Shown here one piece after another: positions 39,301 to 51,452 of a DNA stretch of 64,000 bases. A model generated the notes under the pieces. It did not search any database. It was not told the DNA's origin and saw only the letters and a list, made by a program, of their open reading frames with translations. Within the stretch, counting starts at the first letter, position 1; every line of letters begins with the position of its first letter. Position numbers and translations under genes: made by a program. The DNA is from Raillietiella orientalis (Eukaryota): positions 434,001 through 498,000 of the forward strand of contig JAYWIR010000050.1 of assembly GCA_036172245.1 (NCBI GenBank). The letters run 5' to 3'.

Positions 39301-42300
39301 TCCATAGTGAATAACAAAGAAAGGATATTGAATCGTAATTTACTAAAGAATTGATAAAATGGTTGATTTGATTGTGTGTGCAGATGTGTTTCTTACTTTC
39401 TCTAGTAGATCAGGAGTTTAATACAGCATGCCTAATTTTGGGGAAATACAGCATTTGTCTTTTTTTTGTGTGTGTGTGTGAAAAATTTTTCACATAGTTT
39501 TCCACAACTTCAATCTCTGAGAGTTCCACATAAACTCCTGTGTGTGTGGTTTTTTATTTTTCATTATTTAAGAATTGCTTTCAGTGCTCTCTTATTAGTG
39601 TTTAGCTCCGTCCGGTAATCAGCAAATTTTATTTCCATGTAGGCTTTATACAGGAATGCATGGACTACTTGTATAAACAAAATTAGGTAGCATTTCATGG
39701 TGAGTCGGTAATGTCTATTGGTATTCTCAGTTGTATTGTACGCACATTATCCACCATACGTGTTGTACATTATAGGAAATCTGTGAAAATGTGTGATTAC
39801 TTTTATAATTTTATGCATGCTTATGATACTTCATTCCTTTCCTTAAGCCTTTTCCACATTTTCCAGATAGTTAACTGCATTTTAGTATTCCTGAATACAG
39901 TTATTTGTGAGCAGTCTGAATATGAGTTGGGGTTAAAATTTCAATGGGCTAGCTGAGTAGTAAGATGATTAGTGGAAGAAATTGATATGTTGTACATCTG
40001 CTTGTTTTGTGTAAAGCAGTTTGAAATATTTCTTTACTCAAAATATAACCTGAGCACGTGTGTTTATGGTTACTTTTTGAGTGTTTTCAATGCACTGGTT
40101 CTATGTGGTGGTATATTGGTATATTCCTGTGTATTGGACAATCTTACGCATTGTGGTGAAGTGAATATCCAGGAAAATGAATTTGGCACGTAAATACTCG
40201 ACATACGAGATCCTTAAGGCAGTTTTAATTGTCCATTTGAAGGGAAAATGTGATCTAATATTCCAAAATTATTGCTGGTGCCATGGAAAAGAGGCAGCAT
40301 GTAGGAAATGAGTGCTGTAATATTTGATTTCTCAGTTGCTGTTGCAGTTGTATTTAAGATCTCGTTTGCATTTGGGTCCCTTTTCGAGTTTCCGTTTAGA
40401 GCGTTAATCGATCATTTTAAGAATAAGCTGTCAATTATTCTGTGAATCCAGTTCTCAATTGTGGTCTGCACATTGTAAGTGGAAGCTGTATAAAATCACA
40501 TATCGGTCAACTTTCTTGGTGAGTACGAAAAGGGTATAGTGCCTAACACTTCTTGGACGGAAATAAACTTTGCGAACAAGCTGACCATGGAAGCTGGAAT
40601 CCTAATACCACGGGGCACGGAACTACATTCAACATTCGCATGCATTTGAAACTATAGGAATGGATCCCTTGCATTGACTGTCTGGTTAGACAGGAATTCC
40701 TAGGTGTGGCATATGGGTCTTTATTGACAAATGTGTATATGTATATGATATTGATTTTATGTATATTGATTGCACATTTAAGAATTTATATATGTCCTTC
40801 AACTTGGCCAAAATATTTCTGAATGCTTCAAAAATAATGCTTTAGGTACAATACACTAATTACGAATTTGTACAGTTATGCAGGCATTAGATTGCGAATG
40901 CGAAGATACTCTTTTGAAACTTTTTTTGCTTTCGATGTTTTTTGGGGGGTGCTTTTTGGTTCATGATAACAGAGTCGCATAGATCCTGTGTATCTGCAAG
41001 CAGTTTCCGGAATGGTATGTAGCACATGGGTTGCGGTAGTAACTTGCGCATGTGATTTCGGAGAAGGGACTCTTTCAACTCTTTCTTCAGCCTGAGATTC
41101 GATGAAGCACTGGTCACACGGAATTCCCTGATGTGGACTGTCAAGGCGTCATGAATCTTCCCAGGTCTCCTAACCGCACAAGGGAATGGCGGTCACGTTC
41201 GACTCGGTGTCACTTCTCTTATCAGGAAAAGTCTGTTGCACCAAGGGCTGTGTTTCGACCATTTTTGACTATCCTGTAAAGTGCAGATTATCGTAATCGA
41301 AGACCGTACTATGCTGACTATACAACGAGGGACGCAAAAGTATTTTGTGGCTTTCCTATCGAGGTGGTGCTTCATTGTCCGGTTTGCTCCTGAACGAAGA
41401 CAGAAGTCTTCGTTCACTTTTTCCCATTTCGCGAGCCGCGCTCAGCGATTTAGAGATCATTGCTTGGATTTAGGTTTTGTTCCTGAAGCATTCTGTTGGC
41501 GCACATTGAACTGAAAGGGCGGTCGTAGCGAAAGGGCAGTGCTTAGATGTGGAGGCAAACTCGACGACACGTTCGTGTTTCCCATGCATCGAGCATTTCG
41601 TAAGAGGTGATCCGTAATTGTCTTGTGCGAGGCGAGATCCTCACGGTGATTGTAAACAGGATACGTTCTGGCCATTGGAAGTGGCCGTGGGCAGATCCTC
41701 TCGGGAATCGCATAAAGGATGGGAATGGATTCTTCTTCGCAGTTTGCTCTTGTTGTGTACGTTGCGCACCGCCCCTCTGGTTTAGGGCTAAGGGTTCTGT
41801 ACACAGGTAACGGAGATGAAATCTTGACTTAAAGCATTATGTGAGAGGTGCGCCAAGAATCGACTGACGTCTCTTACAGAAAGTGGATACAAAGAAACTG
41901 CAAAAGGCAGAGATGAAGCTGAGGCATAAAGCCGACAAGAGAAGTCAACATACGCCAAAGGAGTCGGAACGCCCCATTCTGGACGCGCAACCTTCCGTAT
42001 CGCAAGACATCAAAAAGCAAGCGATTCTTCTGGACGAGAAGCAGGGCACCAACATAACCACTGTGAGGTTGGAGAATTTCGACGTTGCGTTTGGAAACAG
42101 GTGAGGCGGTTCTACCAGCGAGTGCCCGGAGCAATGATCAAAGCCACTTGCAGGTCTCTGATCAACAACGCCACGATGGTTCTTACTTATGGACGGAGGT
42201 ACGGTCTCGTGGGTCGGAACGGAACAGGGAAGACCACCTTGCTGAGAGTGCTGTCCAGGCAAGTGTGCTTCCCGTCACAGGAACAGGGTGGCGCCTCCGA

Positions 42301-45300
42301 GCAAATTGCCCTGAGGTAGTTTCGAGGAGTGCCTCCTGCCGACATCGACCATGGGGGAGCCGCGCGGCGTCGGTCGCCATTGGCTTTACGGCTGCAGACC
42401 GGGGCACGAACCCTCCGGGAATTCCTGCTCTGACCGATCCCAAGCACGGAAGTTGTTTAGGGCGGGTCCCCGTTCTTCAACTCCCGCGTTTCGAGGATTC
42501 TAAAGTGCGATGTCGGAAGCCCGTCCTCTGATTTTGGGGGTCGCACCCGGTGGAACGGATCCCCCCTGCGCTTCCTATGACGTTCGCCCTCCTCCCATCC
42601 TTTCGCGCGCACCGCAGTCTCAGATGTGCGTGGAAGACTTTCGCGGTGGATTTCCCTCCTTCCCTCACATTTTCCTCCCGGTTCCTCAGCGCTGTGGTCG
42701 TCGAGGGATCGTTCTTGCGGCAGCGGTGCAGTTGCCAGGGAACGGGGATTCGCCCGGCAGGGTGTGCTGCGTCACTTCTTGTCGGCGCCCGTGCGAAGCG
42801 TTTTCGCGTATATGCGACAGCAGGTGTGCAGGTGTACATGCCGAGGGATGTTCGCCCGTGTGGCTTTACATGTTCGCTCTGTTTGTGTTTGCCCCCTTAA
42901 ATTCCTGGGCTCTTTTTTCCTCTTACCGACCTTACGCGCCGGCAGATCCTTTGCTTCCCGGTGTAGCAGCTTGCAACGCAGGTGTTCGTCAACCGGGGAA
43001 GAAACGCCTTCTCTTCGGTCTTTCGTGTTTCTGAGGTGTTTCGCCCGCGCCTGCTTCCGTCCGTTTTGCTCGTCGGTTCGAAGCTCGAACTTCTGTTCTC
43101 GGAAGGTAGGAAGGGAAAGCGTCGAAGGTCGAGAGAACGGAAACGGTGAAGCCATGATGGTCGTCAGCACTTCGCGGGCTTCATCAAAGACTCCTTCATC
43201 TGCTGTTTACTTTTCTTGCAGCCCGTTCGCGGTTTCAGCTTCGGTAAGACGTTTTCTTTGGCAGATGCCCCTTTGATGCAGAGTTGTCTTTTCGAGTTAC
43301 GAAGCTTCACCTTCTATTGACTTTTTTTTTTTTTTTTTTTTCGTAACTGCCCCCGGTAGTGTCTGCTTCTGAAATGGGTTGTAGAACATGACCCGAGGAC
43401 CTCAGAGAAGCAACAGCACACGCTCCGGGTTCTTTCCTGAAGCGAGGTTTCGAAATCGGAGCGCGTTTCCCCCGCTTTCTTCCTTCCATCTTTCTAAACA
43501 GCCGTTACTTCTTCAGGTCGTTTCCTGCCTCTTCCGCGCTTCTCGGCCGGCCTGGCGCGTTTTCCGTCTTTGTCCAGGGTCTTCCTGTCCTGTGCTGCAG
43601 CGTAGAGAGCCCGTTGGCAATCCCGAGCTCGTTTTCGCTGCATCCCTTGTTTTCACCAGTCATCCCTTGAACTCGTGCACCCAACAACACCACATGCACC
43701 GCACCATCGCCGGCTTTCGATCTCCCCATTGAAGCGGACGGTTGAGCGTCCGACTCGCGAAGTCTTCGCCGAGCGAGCGTCAACGCGCGTGGTCTGCGTG
43801 CGCGCAAGTCAGAGTTCCGTTGTTTGGGGAGGCGGGTGGTCAACTGAACTGCTTCCAGAGGATGCTTGCACCTTCCCACCCACTTACGGATCCTTCACGT
43901 CGAACAAGAAGTCGTGGGCGATGACACGACCGCCATAAACAGCGTGCTGCAAAGCGACTCTGCCCGGGAAAAGCTGCTGCAGGAAGAGTCGAGACTCACG
44001 AATCTGATCAACAGCGGCTCCCAAGACCCCGACGTTAGCAGTAGCTTGGCCGAGGTGTACTCTCAGCTGCAAATGATAAGCAGCGATGAAGCACCCGCAC
44101 GGGCTAGTGCTATTTTGGCAGGCCTTGGCTTCACCACCGAGATGCAGAGGCAACCCACCAAGATGTTTTCCGGCGGATGGAGAATGAGAATCGCTTTAGC
44201 GAAAGCACTGTTTTCCAAGTACGTTCGTGCCTCGGGGGAGGAGGGGGGGGGGAATGCAAAACCTGTTTGAAATTAGGCCGGACCTGCTCCTTTTGGACGA
44301 GCCCACGAATATGCTGGATATTCGCGCCATCATCTGGCTTCAGCGTTATCTGCAGTATTGGCATTCAATGGTGCTGGTGGCATCTCATGACCAGCGTTTC
44401 TTGGAGGAAGTCACCACAGACATTCTGCTGCTGACCAACCAGTCTTTGGAGCATTTCAAGTAGTGATTCCCGAGGCTCTAGACCAGTTTCCATTCTTTGT
44501 CTGCAAGGGGCAACTACGCTCAGTTCAAGAAGACTCGGGCGGAGCGGGTCCAACATCAGCAACGCGAGTACAATGCGCAGCAGCACCTGCGTTCCCACGT
44601 CCAGGAATTCATCGACCGCTTCAGGTACAACGCGAAGAGGGCCTCGCTGGTGCAGAGCAAAATAAAGATGCTTGAAAAACTGTGAGTAGCTTCCGTGCCG
44701 CGTGGGCTGGTCTCCGAACCCCTCCCCCCCCCCCAAGACCTGTGATCGCTCCCGTGGAAAAGGATGTGGAGATGCACTTCGCATTCCCCCCCGTGGCATG
44801 CGTGTCCCCGCCTATCCTCTATCTGGACGAGGTCGAGTTCGGGTACCTCTCCCACAAGCCCGTATTGAAGCAGGTCAACCTGTCCACCACTCTCCGCTCC
44901 CGCATCTGCATAGTGAGTGGGACCGTGGAGGGTAGTCAGCTCAGTAGAGTAGGCTTCCAGGTGGGTGAGAATGGAGCTGGAAAGTCGACTCTCTTGCACC
45001 TGCTCATGGGCCGGCTGACTCCCCTGTCCGGGATGCGCTTTGCCCACCACAACCTTCGTATCGGTTACTTTGCTCAGCATCACGTGGACCAGCTCAACCT
45101 CTCGGTCACCTCCCTCGAGAGTCTCCAGAAGCAGTTTCCTGGTTAGAGAGTGTAACGTTGGAGAGGATGATTCGTATGTGTAGGAAGGACCCTGGAGGAA
45201 TATCTGCAGCAGCTTGGTCACTTTGGGCTTACGGGCGGCCTCCAGAATTCCCAGGTGTCGTCCTTGTCCGGTGGGCAAAAATCCCGGCTTGCCTTTTCGA

Positions 45301-45625
45301 TGCTAGCGATGATGCATCCCAATTTCCTCATTCTGGACGAGCCCACCAACCATCTGGATATAGAAACCATGGATGCCCTCGCGGAAGCGTTGAGGAAGTT
45401 CCAGGTGAGCCTTGGACAGAGCGGCCGCCTGCCCTGTGGAGCGCGCCCGGTACACCGCCGCCTCTGTTGTGTGTCTAGGGAGGCGTCATCCTTGTCAGTC
45501 ACGACGAGAACTTCATCCGTTCCACGTGCGACGAGGTCTGGATGTGCGACGGCGGCACGGTCAAGAAGCTGGACGGTGGCTTCGAGGAGTACCGGAAATA
45601 TATTGAGAAAGATTTTGACATCTGA
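36388..45625 (+). CDS. ABCF3: ATP-binding cassette subfamily F member 3 (GCN20-like)
   Basis: Exons: 36388-36469, 36527-36635, 36747-36891, 41880-42100, 42154-42258, 43859-44218, 44277-44459, 44508-44681, 44738-44912, 44961-45141, 45184-45404, 45479-45625; phase-consistent. Two nucleotide-binding domains: GRNGTGKT / FSGGWRMR / LLLLDEPTNMLD and GENGAGKS / LSGGQKSR / ILDEPTNHLD. ABCF linker QEFIDRFRYNAKRASLVQSKIK; no transmembrane domain. Confidence 0.96.
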
Positions 45626-45667
45626 ACGAGGCACAGGCGTTTTGTCCGCGGAGGCCCGGGCACGGTT

Positions 45668-48600
45668 TCAGTCCCAGAGCTCGGATCCAGCCAACCCCTC
45701 CAGCCTCGCGAGCGGACCCTCACGGATCTCGTCGGAGCGACGAATCGCGTCCTCGGGGCCGTAGATCCCCAGGCGGTTGTTGCGGTTCCTGACGAAGAAC
45801 TGCTTGCACGCGACCAAGGTGCCGTCGACGCAGCACAGGATGGAGGCGCCGCAGGGCTCGCAGAACTCTAGCTCCTGCCTCTCGGCGGACCGCAAGCGCT
45901 CCTCCAGGAATTCCTCACACCTGTGCAGGCACTGGAAGGAAAATTCCCGAGTTTCACTTCGTACGACCTCGGGCTGCCTTCCAGAGTTGTGTCCGTGAGA
46001 TTACAGCCTGTGCCCTCGCTGCGCGCCATCCTTTCTCCGGAGGGTTTTTGGTTCCGCAAACGTCGGAACGTGGTCGCGGCAGCGCGGACGGCTCCCTGGG
46101 GCCTCCCCCCGAATTCCTGCGTGGGCGAGCTCGTCCGCGGATGAATCGGATGGCGCCCCACGGCCTTCGCTTCGTGCGCGCTCCGGCGTGTGTTTCTGGC
46201 ACCGTTTGCAGAGTGCAGCCGGCAGGTTGCGCCTTCCCCGAGTCCCGGCTTCGGCGTCGGAGCCTCCCTCTTCCCCCCCTATTATCGCGCGTCTTGAGGG
46301 ACGGAGAGCGGTCGCGCGCGGCTTGGCTGCTCGCACACGCTGAGGGGTGAAGAAGGCTCAGCTTTAGCAGCACGGAGGTCGCGACCCTGGAGGCGTCCCT
46401 CGGCACTGTCGTCTTCGTGCTCGCGCGCGCTCTCGTCACGATGTCCCCAGCGGCTACTCGCAGCTTCCAAGGCAGTCGGTCACCGCGGCGCCCTGGTCAT
46501 CTTAGCACGTCTTTCTTCTGGCAGGACAGGCGTTTCCGGCGTTTGCATCCGCGTCGCTGTACCGTGCGGACGATCTGTGGGTGGTTCCCTCGCGGAAGCC
46601 AGCATTCAGTATTTTCGCTTTTCCGAGTTGCTCCGCCTCGTACGCAGCTGCCTACGCAGAGGTCAGCTTTCTTCGTCTCCGCGTGCAAACCCCCACTTCG
46701 AGTCACCGCTTCCCTTAAGGCGAAACGTACAAGAAAACGATTCCTGTCGTCATCACCACTATCATTGGTTTTCTCCTCGCGAGCGGTATCGCCGTGATCG
46801 GGGAAGCGTGTCAAGGTGCCCTTCACCGGGTCCCGTTTGGTCAGTTGCCCTGCCTGGTGGGTGGGTGCCTGCCTGTGCAGGGTGGTCAGGGCTGCCCTCC
46901 CACAGGGGTGGTTTCCTCGTCCGCCGGTATCCCAGACTCCTCATGGCTGCACCGCCGTTCGAGTTGACCAGCGGCCTCCCGAGCTTCGCCCGCCGGGTCA
47001 ACTGGCGAGCTGTGGCAGCGACGGCGGCCGCGTTTTTTGCCTCATCCTGCGGATTTCGTCCAGTCGGGGACGCGCCGCCGCCGCACCTGGATCCCCATGC
47101 CCGGCAGGCAAGAAGCGGGCGTGCTGAAGCCCCGGCCCGTTCCTGCGCGGGCCGGCTGGTGCCCCCTGGCAGTGCGTACCGCGTCGGCCAACGAAGCGGC
47201 GGTCAGAAGATCTTGCTCCTCGAAGATGTCCGCCAGTAGCTGCAGGCAGGGGACCGTCAGCACCCGGTGCCTTGCCCCGTCCCGGGCCAGGTGGACCAGA
47301 CTGGCTCCCAGCGCTCTCTTGGCGTCGGCGACCCGTTTGGTGCAGACCACGTGGTACACTCCAGACGCGAAGAAGAAGAGCGACTTGACGACGGCGCTGC
47401 ATTCCTCCCTCATCGTCATCCGCTGGGCCTGGGTGGATGCGCGCGCGCGCTTCTGATGGGGTCGCCTGGCAGCCGCCCACCTGCGCCAGGTGGAAGCCGC
47501 CTTCCTCGTGCTTGGCCTCCCGGATTTCCGACTCCGCCAGCAGCAGCAGCGGGATCGCGCATTCCAGGCTCTCGCTTCCGTAGAAGGACTGGCACATGCG
47601 CAGCGTTCTGCGGCACGCCGCCGAGCACTGCGGGTGCCCATGGAATTTCAGCTGGAAACACCTCTCCACGGCCCTCCTTCTGACCCGGTTCTGAAATAAG
47701 AGGACAGTGACCCCCTTGCTGCGCTCGTCTTTCGCGCGCACGCGTGTTCCCGGGCGCGCGCCGATCGCGCCCTTCGAGGGCGCCAGGGCTGGAGGGGAAG
47801 TGCAGTGCCACACCCGAGGCGACCCGGAGAGGAGACCTTACCACCGCTTTCTTGCCCGCTGCCCCGAACCTGGTCCAAGAGCACGTCTACCGACGTCGGT
47901 GCCTCGCGCTCAGTCTCCAAGGCGCGGCGCCGCCACCGGCTGTTCCCCATCCTTCCCATCCGCCCAACGGACGCGCTCTTGGCGGAGGCACCGCTGGCGC
48001 CCCAACTGGGCGCCTGTTGCTGCTCCGGCAGCCTCTCCGATTTCAATCCGCGAAAGACAACACTCTTGCCGCGCCTCGACTGCCCTTGGACTCGGTGTTG
48101 GCGGGCGCTGTCACCCATCACGCGTTCGGCACGTGGGTTCAAAAGCCAAGAGATGTATACCATTTGTATGGCCGATAGCCGTGCATGCAATGGTGCACAA
48201 TATAACCCCAGCTTATAGTGCAGTACATACATGCAATTGAAATCCATAACCCATGTGTGTACTCTTGTTGTGGCATAATTACGTTGATGTGTACTCTCTC
48301 TACTTACTGCGAAATAAAGCACGCTGCGGTGTACATCAGAAGAGTACAGTCCCTACGGTGCAGTACTGTGCACCGCAGTGCGGTGCAATACTGCAAAGCG
48401 TTTCCACTTTATCGACTATGGTATTTGGGTACATGTGTGTACAGAGGTTCAGATATGCGTGCGTGCGTGTCGTGGCACCTTATGCTATACAGTGTATTTC
48501 GCCCGGCCCTAGGATGCGCGGCCTGCCCCCAGGACGCAACCCCGGGCGTTCAGCACGCACGCGTGTGAGCTCGGACGTGTATGTACGTGGGCACGCGTGA

Positions 48601-51452
48601 ACGGCAAAGCATGCACGCATGTATATGTTGTGTGCGTGAACGTATGCGTACGTTTTGTATGTAGGGATGGACGTGCGCGCGTACTGACTCGTGTACTCAT
48701 GTGACAGGTTCCTGCTGTACACGCATCCCGATGCTGTTGTATATCTGTCTCGGCAGCGTGCGCAGCCACCCGCTACGGTTTCCGACGGCGAGAGTCAGGC
48801 CGTGCTGCGAGACGGCCGCGGAAGGCCGCTGCTTGCCTACCTTGAAATCCTTCAGAAATTCTTCGTTGTAGATTTCCTTGCCCTGCCCCCGGAGGAGATC
48901 GTCCTTCCCGAACTTGTTCGAATACTCCTTTAGGATGGGACAGACTGAGAGATGGATCTGCTGCCAGTCCGCCTCCTTGTGATCGACGCCGCTGGAATGC
49001 GAGACTCTGGAGATGGGAAACTCTTGGAGCGAAACCGTTCGATGCCCCGGAACCTGGCCACGGAGATGCGTGTCCGTCTGGTGTGCAGCACGTTCTTGAG
49101 CACACCTGAGCATTTCCCGTGGCAGCTGCCACCCCGCGCTGACTTTCCGGAAGACATCGGAAAAGGGGGGGGGGGAAACATTGCTCAGATTGCTCGCCTA
49201 ATCGTAAGTAGGCTGCATAATGGATGCCGCCTCAGCTTGCCGATGGTGCGGGCAAAAACGCACCGGAAGCACCTTGCAAGACCTTGCAGAGGACCCACAT
49301 GCAAGGAAAGGTTTGCCCCATCAGGTTGAGAGGTTGGGGCGAGCAGAACGAAGGGCGCACACGCGGTGAGCTGTTGCTCTTGCGTTGCTGCGAGACACCG
49401 CATCGCGAGGGGGCGAGCAAGAACGCCCTGGATAAGCCGGGAGCACGCTGAGACTCAGCTGGCTGCCCAGTTTCAGATCTGTCTTGAGGAAGAACCACTT
49501 GAGCGGATGTTCGGAGGAGTAAGAAAAAATGTGGGCGGCCTCCGTTCCAGGAGCGCTGCGAGGTGCGGCTGATGGCTCGCGGGAACTGGATGCAGGCGCG
49601 TGCGCGGAGCCGGAGGGGAAGCCCTGAAGGGTTCGGTGGTAGGGATCGCACAGGACCCAGACGCAGCAAAGGTCGGAGGAGGGGGGGCGCTCCCTGGTCG
49701 CCGCTGTCGTCGAGGCCGCTGGCGATCGTACAGAGAGGCGCGTGTCCCTCGTGAGCCTCCTCCTCCACCCTCCTGGACGTAAAGAAGGGGAACTCCACAC
49801 GAGCGCTGCCCACAGTCTCTCCCGCCCTTCGGACTTTGCTGGTGGGGGTGCGTTCCTCGCAAGTAGGGAAGAGGCGCGCGTCCCGGGTTCCCCGTTTCTC
49901 CGCTCTCCTTGGAAGGGACTCCTTCCTGCGTGCGATTTCTTCAACATCCAGGCAGCGACGTGGTCAGATGCTGGAGGGGTGGGTGGGGTGTTGGGCAGCA
50001 GTCCCCTGGACGATCTGCTTCAGGAAGGACGCCTAAAGGTGCGCGAACGAGATGGCGCCGACCAATAAGCTTCATCGGGCTGCTCTTCATCTTCATGAGG
50101 GTTACTTAGAGTGCAGCCAGCGGCGCCTTAGTGAGCGACGACGGAACTCTACCGTTTGCGCGCATGTGGCACTCACGAACAGCGCAGCCGTTCTTCGAAT
50201 CGAAAGCACAGTTTTCTAATATGAATTTTTTTTTTCCCTTCAAGTTCTATCAAGCGTTTCACGATTGAAGATTCGCCCAAATGTGAAAGGAAGAAGCAAA
50301 GTAACAAATTTCACGACTCGATGGAACTCGCGAGTTTACGCACTGGTAACCCTGCTGCCTGGAAGACAGTTGTGCGGGTTGGCTTCATCTGCGTCACGGT
50401 CAGACGTGTCAGTAAAATTAGGAAAGACGGTTGGGGTCCACAGAACGTGGCTAACCAGATACTTGCAAAGTGAAGAAAACAAAACCAAAACCCAGCTAAA
50501 AACTGATTTCGAAACACGTGAATGCAATAGGTCTCCTGAATGACGCGGGGTATGCGTTCCACGTGGTACGAATCCTATGGGCTGTACATGGAAAATCTCA
50601 CGTGCAAACGGGAGGAGAAGCTAAAAGGAGTCTCCTTCATTGCTGGACTTGAGGTGGTCAAAGGCTTCCCGACTCTTGTCAATACGTAGTCGGTTTAAAG
50701 AGTTGCACAGTTTCAGCTCTCTCGTTCTCGTTGTGGAAAAACGTCATCCTCTTGCGCTCTTTTGCTCACCGAAGGTCGGGATGAATTCATCCCCATCTTA
50801 AACCGCGTGTTTGCGTTGTTCTTTGGAAAACGGCTGAACTGGCAGTCGGCCACAATGTTCGAAGTTCTCCACAGCGAGGGCTGCCACCGCGTTTTTCTCG
50901 CCGCATTCCGCGTTGAACGTGGGGGAAGGGGGAGGGCCCCCTCCACCGAAAGTGAAGCAACAGACTTGGAACAAAATGAGGCCAAACACGCATTCGATGA
51001 TTCATTTCACCATCCACGCTTCTCAGCGAGAAAAACACATCCCTGTGTTTGGTCCGGAAAATTCGTATTTACGTCTCACGGCTGGAGAGAGCATCCTTGA
51101 TCGAACGGGAGGTGCCTCAGGGATCTCGGGAAACCTGGCATCGATTCTGGCGCAAAGAAAGCTGGACGTGCCACGACGCCGTCCGGGGTGCTGGTGGTGC
51201 TTGGAAACCTCTGCCACCGAAGGGGCATTCGTTCGTATCCCGGACGACCGAGCATTTCACGCCTATCGGCGAAACCCCCAGCGGTGGCGGCTTCCCCAAG
51301 CGATTCGAACCGGATGAAACGTCAAGGCTCGGGAATACGAGGGCGCCTTTTTTCCTTTTCCTCTATCCCGATCGATCCTACCAGTAAAAGGACTGCTGAC
51401 AGTTCTCACAGGCAACGCGAGCAGGTTTTTGGCAAACTTCACAGGTTTTCAT
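45668..51452 (-). CDS. ZMYND12: Zinc finger MYND domain-containing protein 12-like
   Basis: Exons: 51452-51382, 48991-48841, 47690-47481, 47428-47180, 45931-45668; GT-AG and phase-consistent. Spliced MYND finger MKTCEVCQKPARVACENCQQSFYC|GVDHKEADWQQIHLSVC, then TPR-like helices LRMCQSFYGSESLECAIPLLLLAESEI resembling recalled ZMYND12. The last exon is the least certain. Confidence 0.82.
49200..50000 (-). mobile_element. Possible decayed L1/Tx1-like relic in ZMYND12 intron 1
   Basis: PPLLRPLL ~ APLFRPLL; APGTEAA ~ APGRDGG. Confidence 0.28.

Noticed and set aside
47870..48100. Extra ZMYND12 exon ending ...SVDVLLDQ|GT
   Set aside because: Exons 48841 and 47690 already join in frame and collinearly with the family.
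48140..48730. TGTA/GTAC-rich tract with short palindromes in ZMYND12 intron 2 as a MITE
   Set aside because: No terminal inverted repeats or TSD found; looks like low-complexity sequence.
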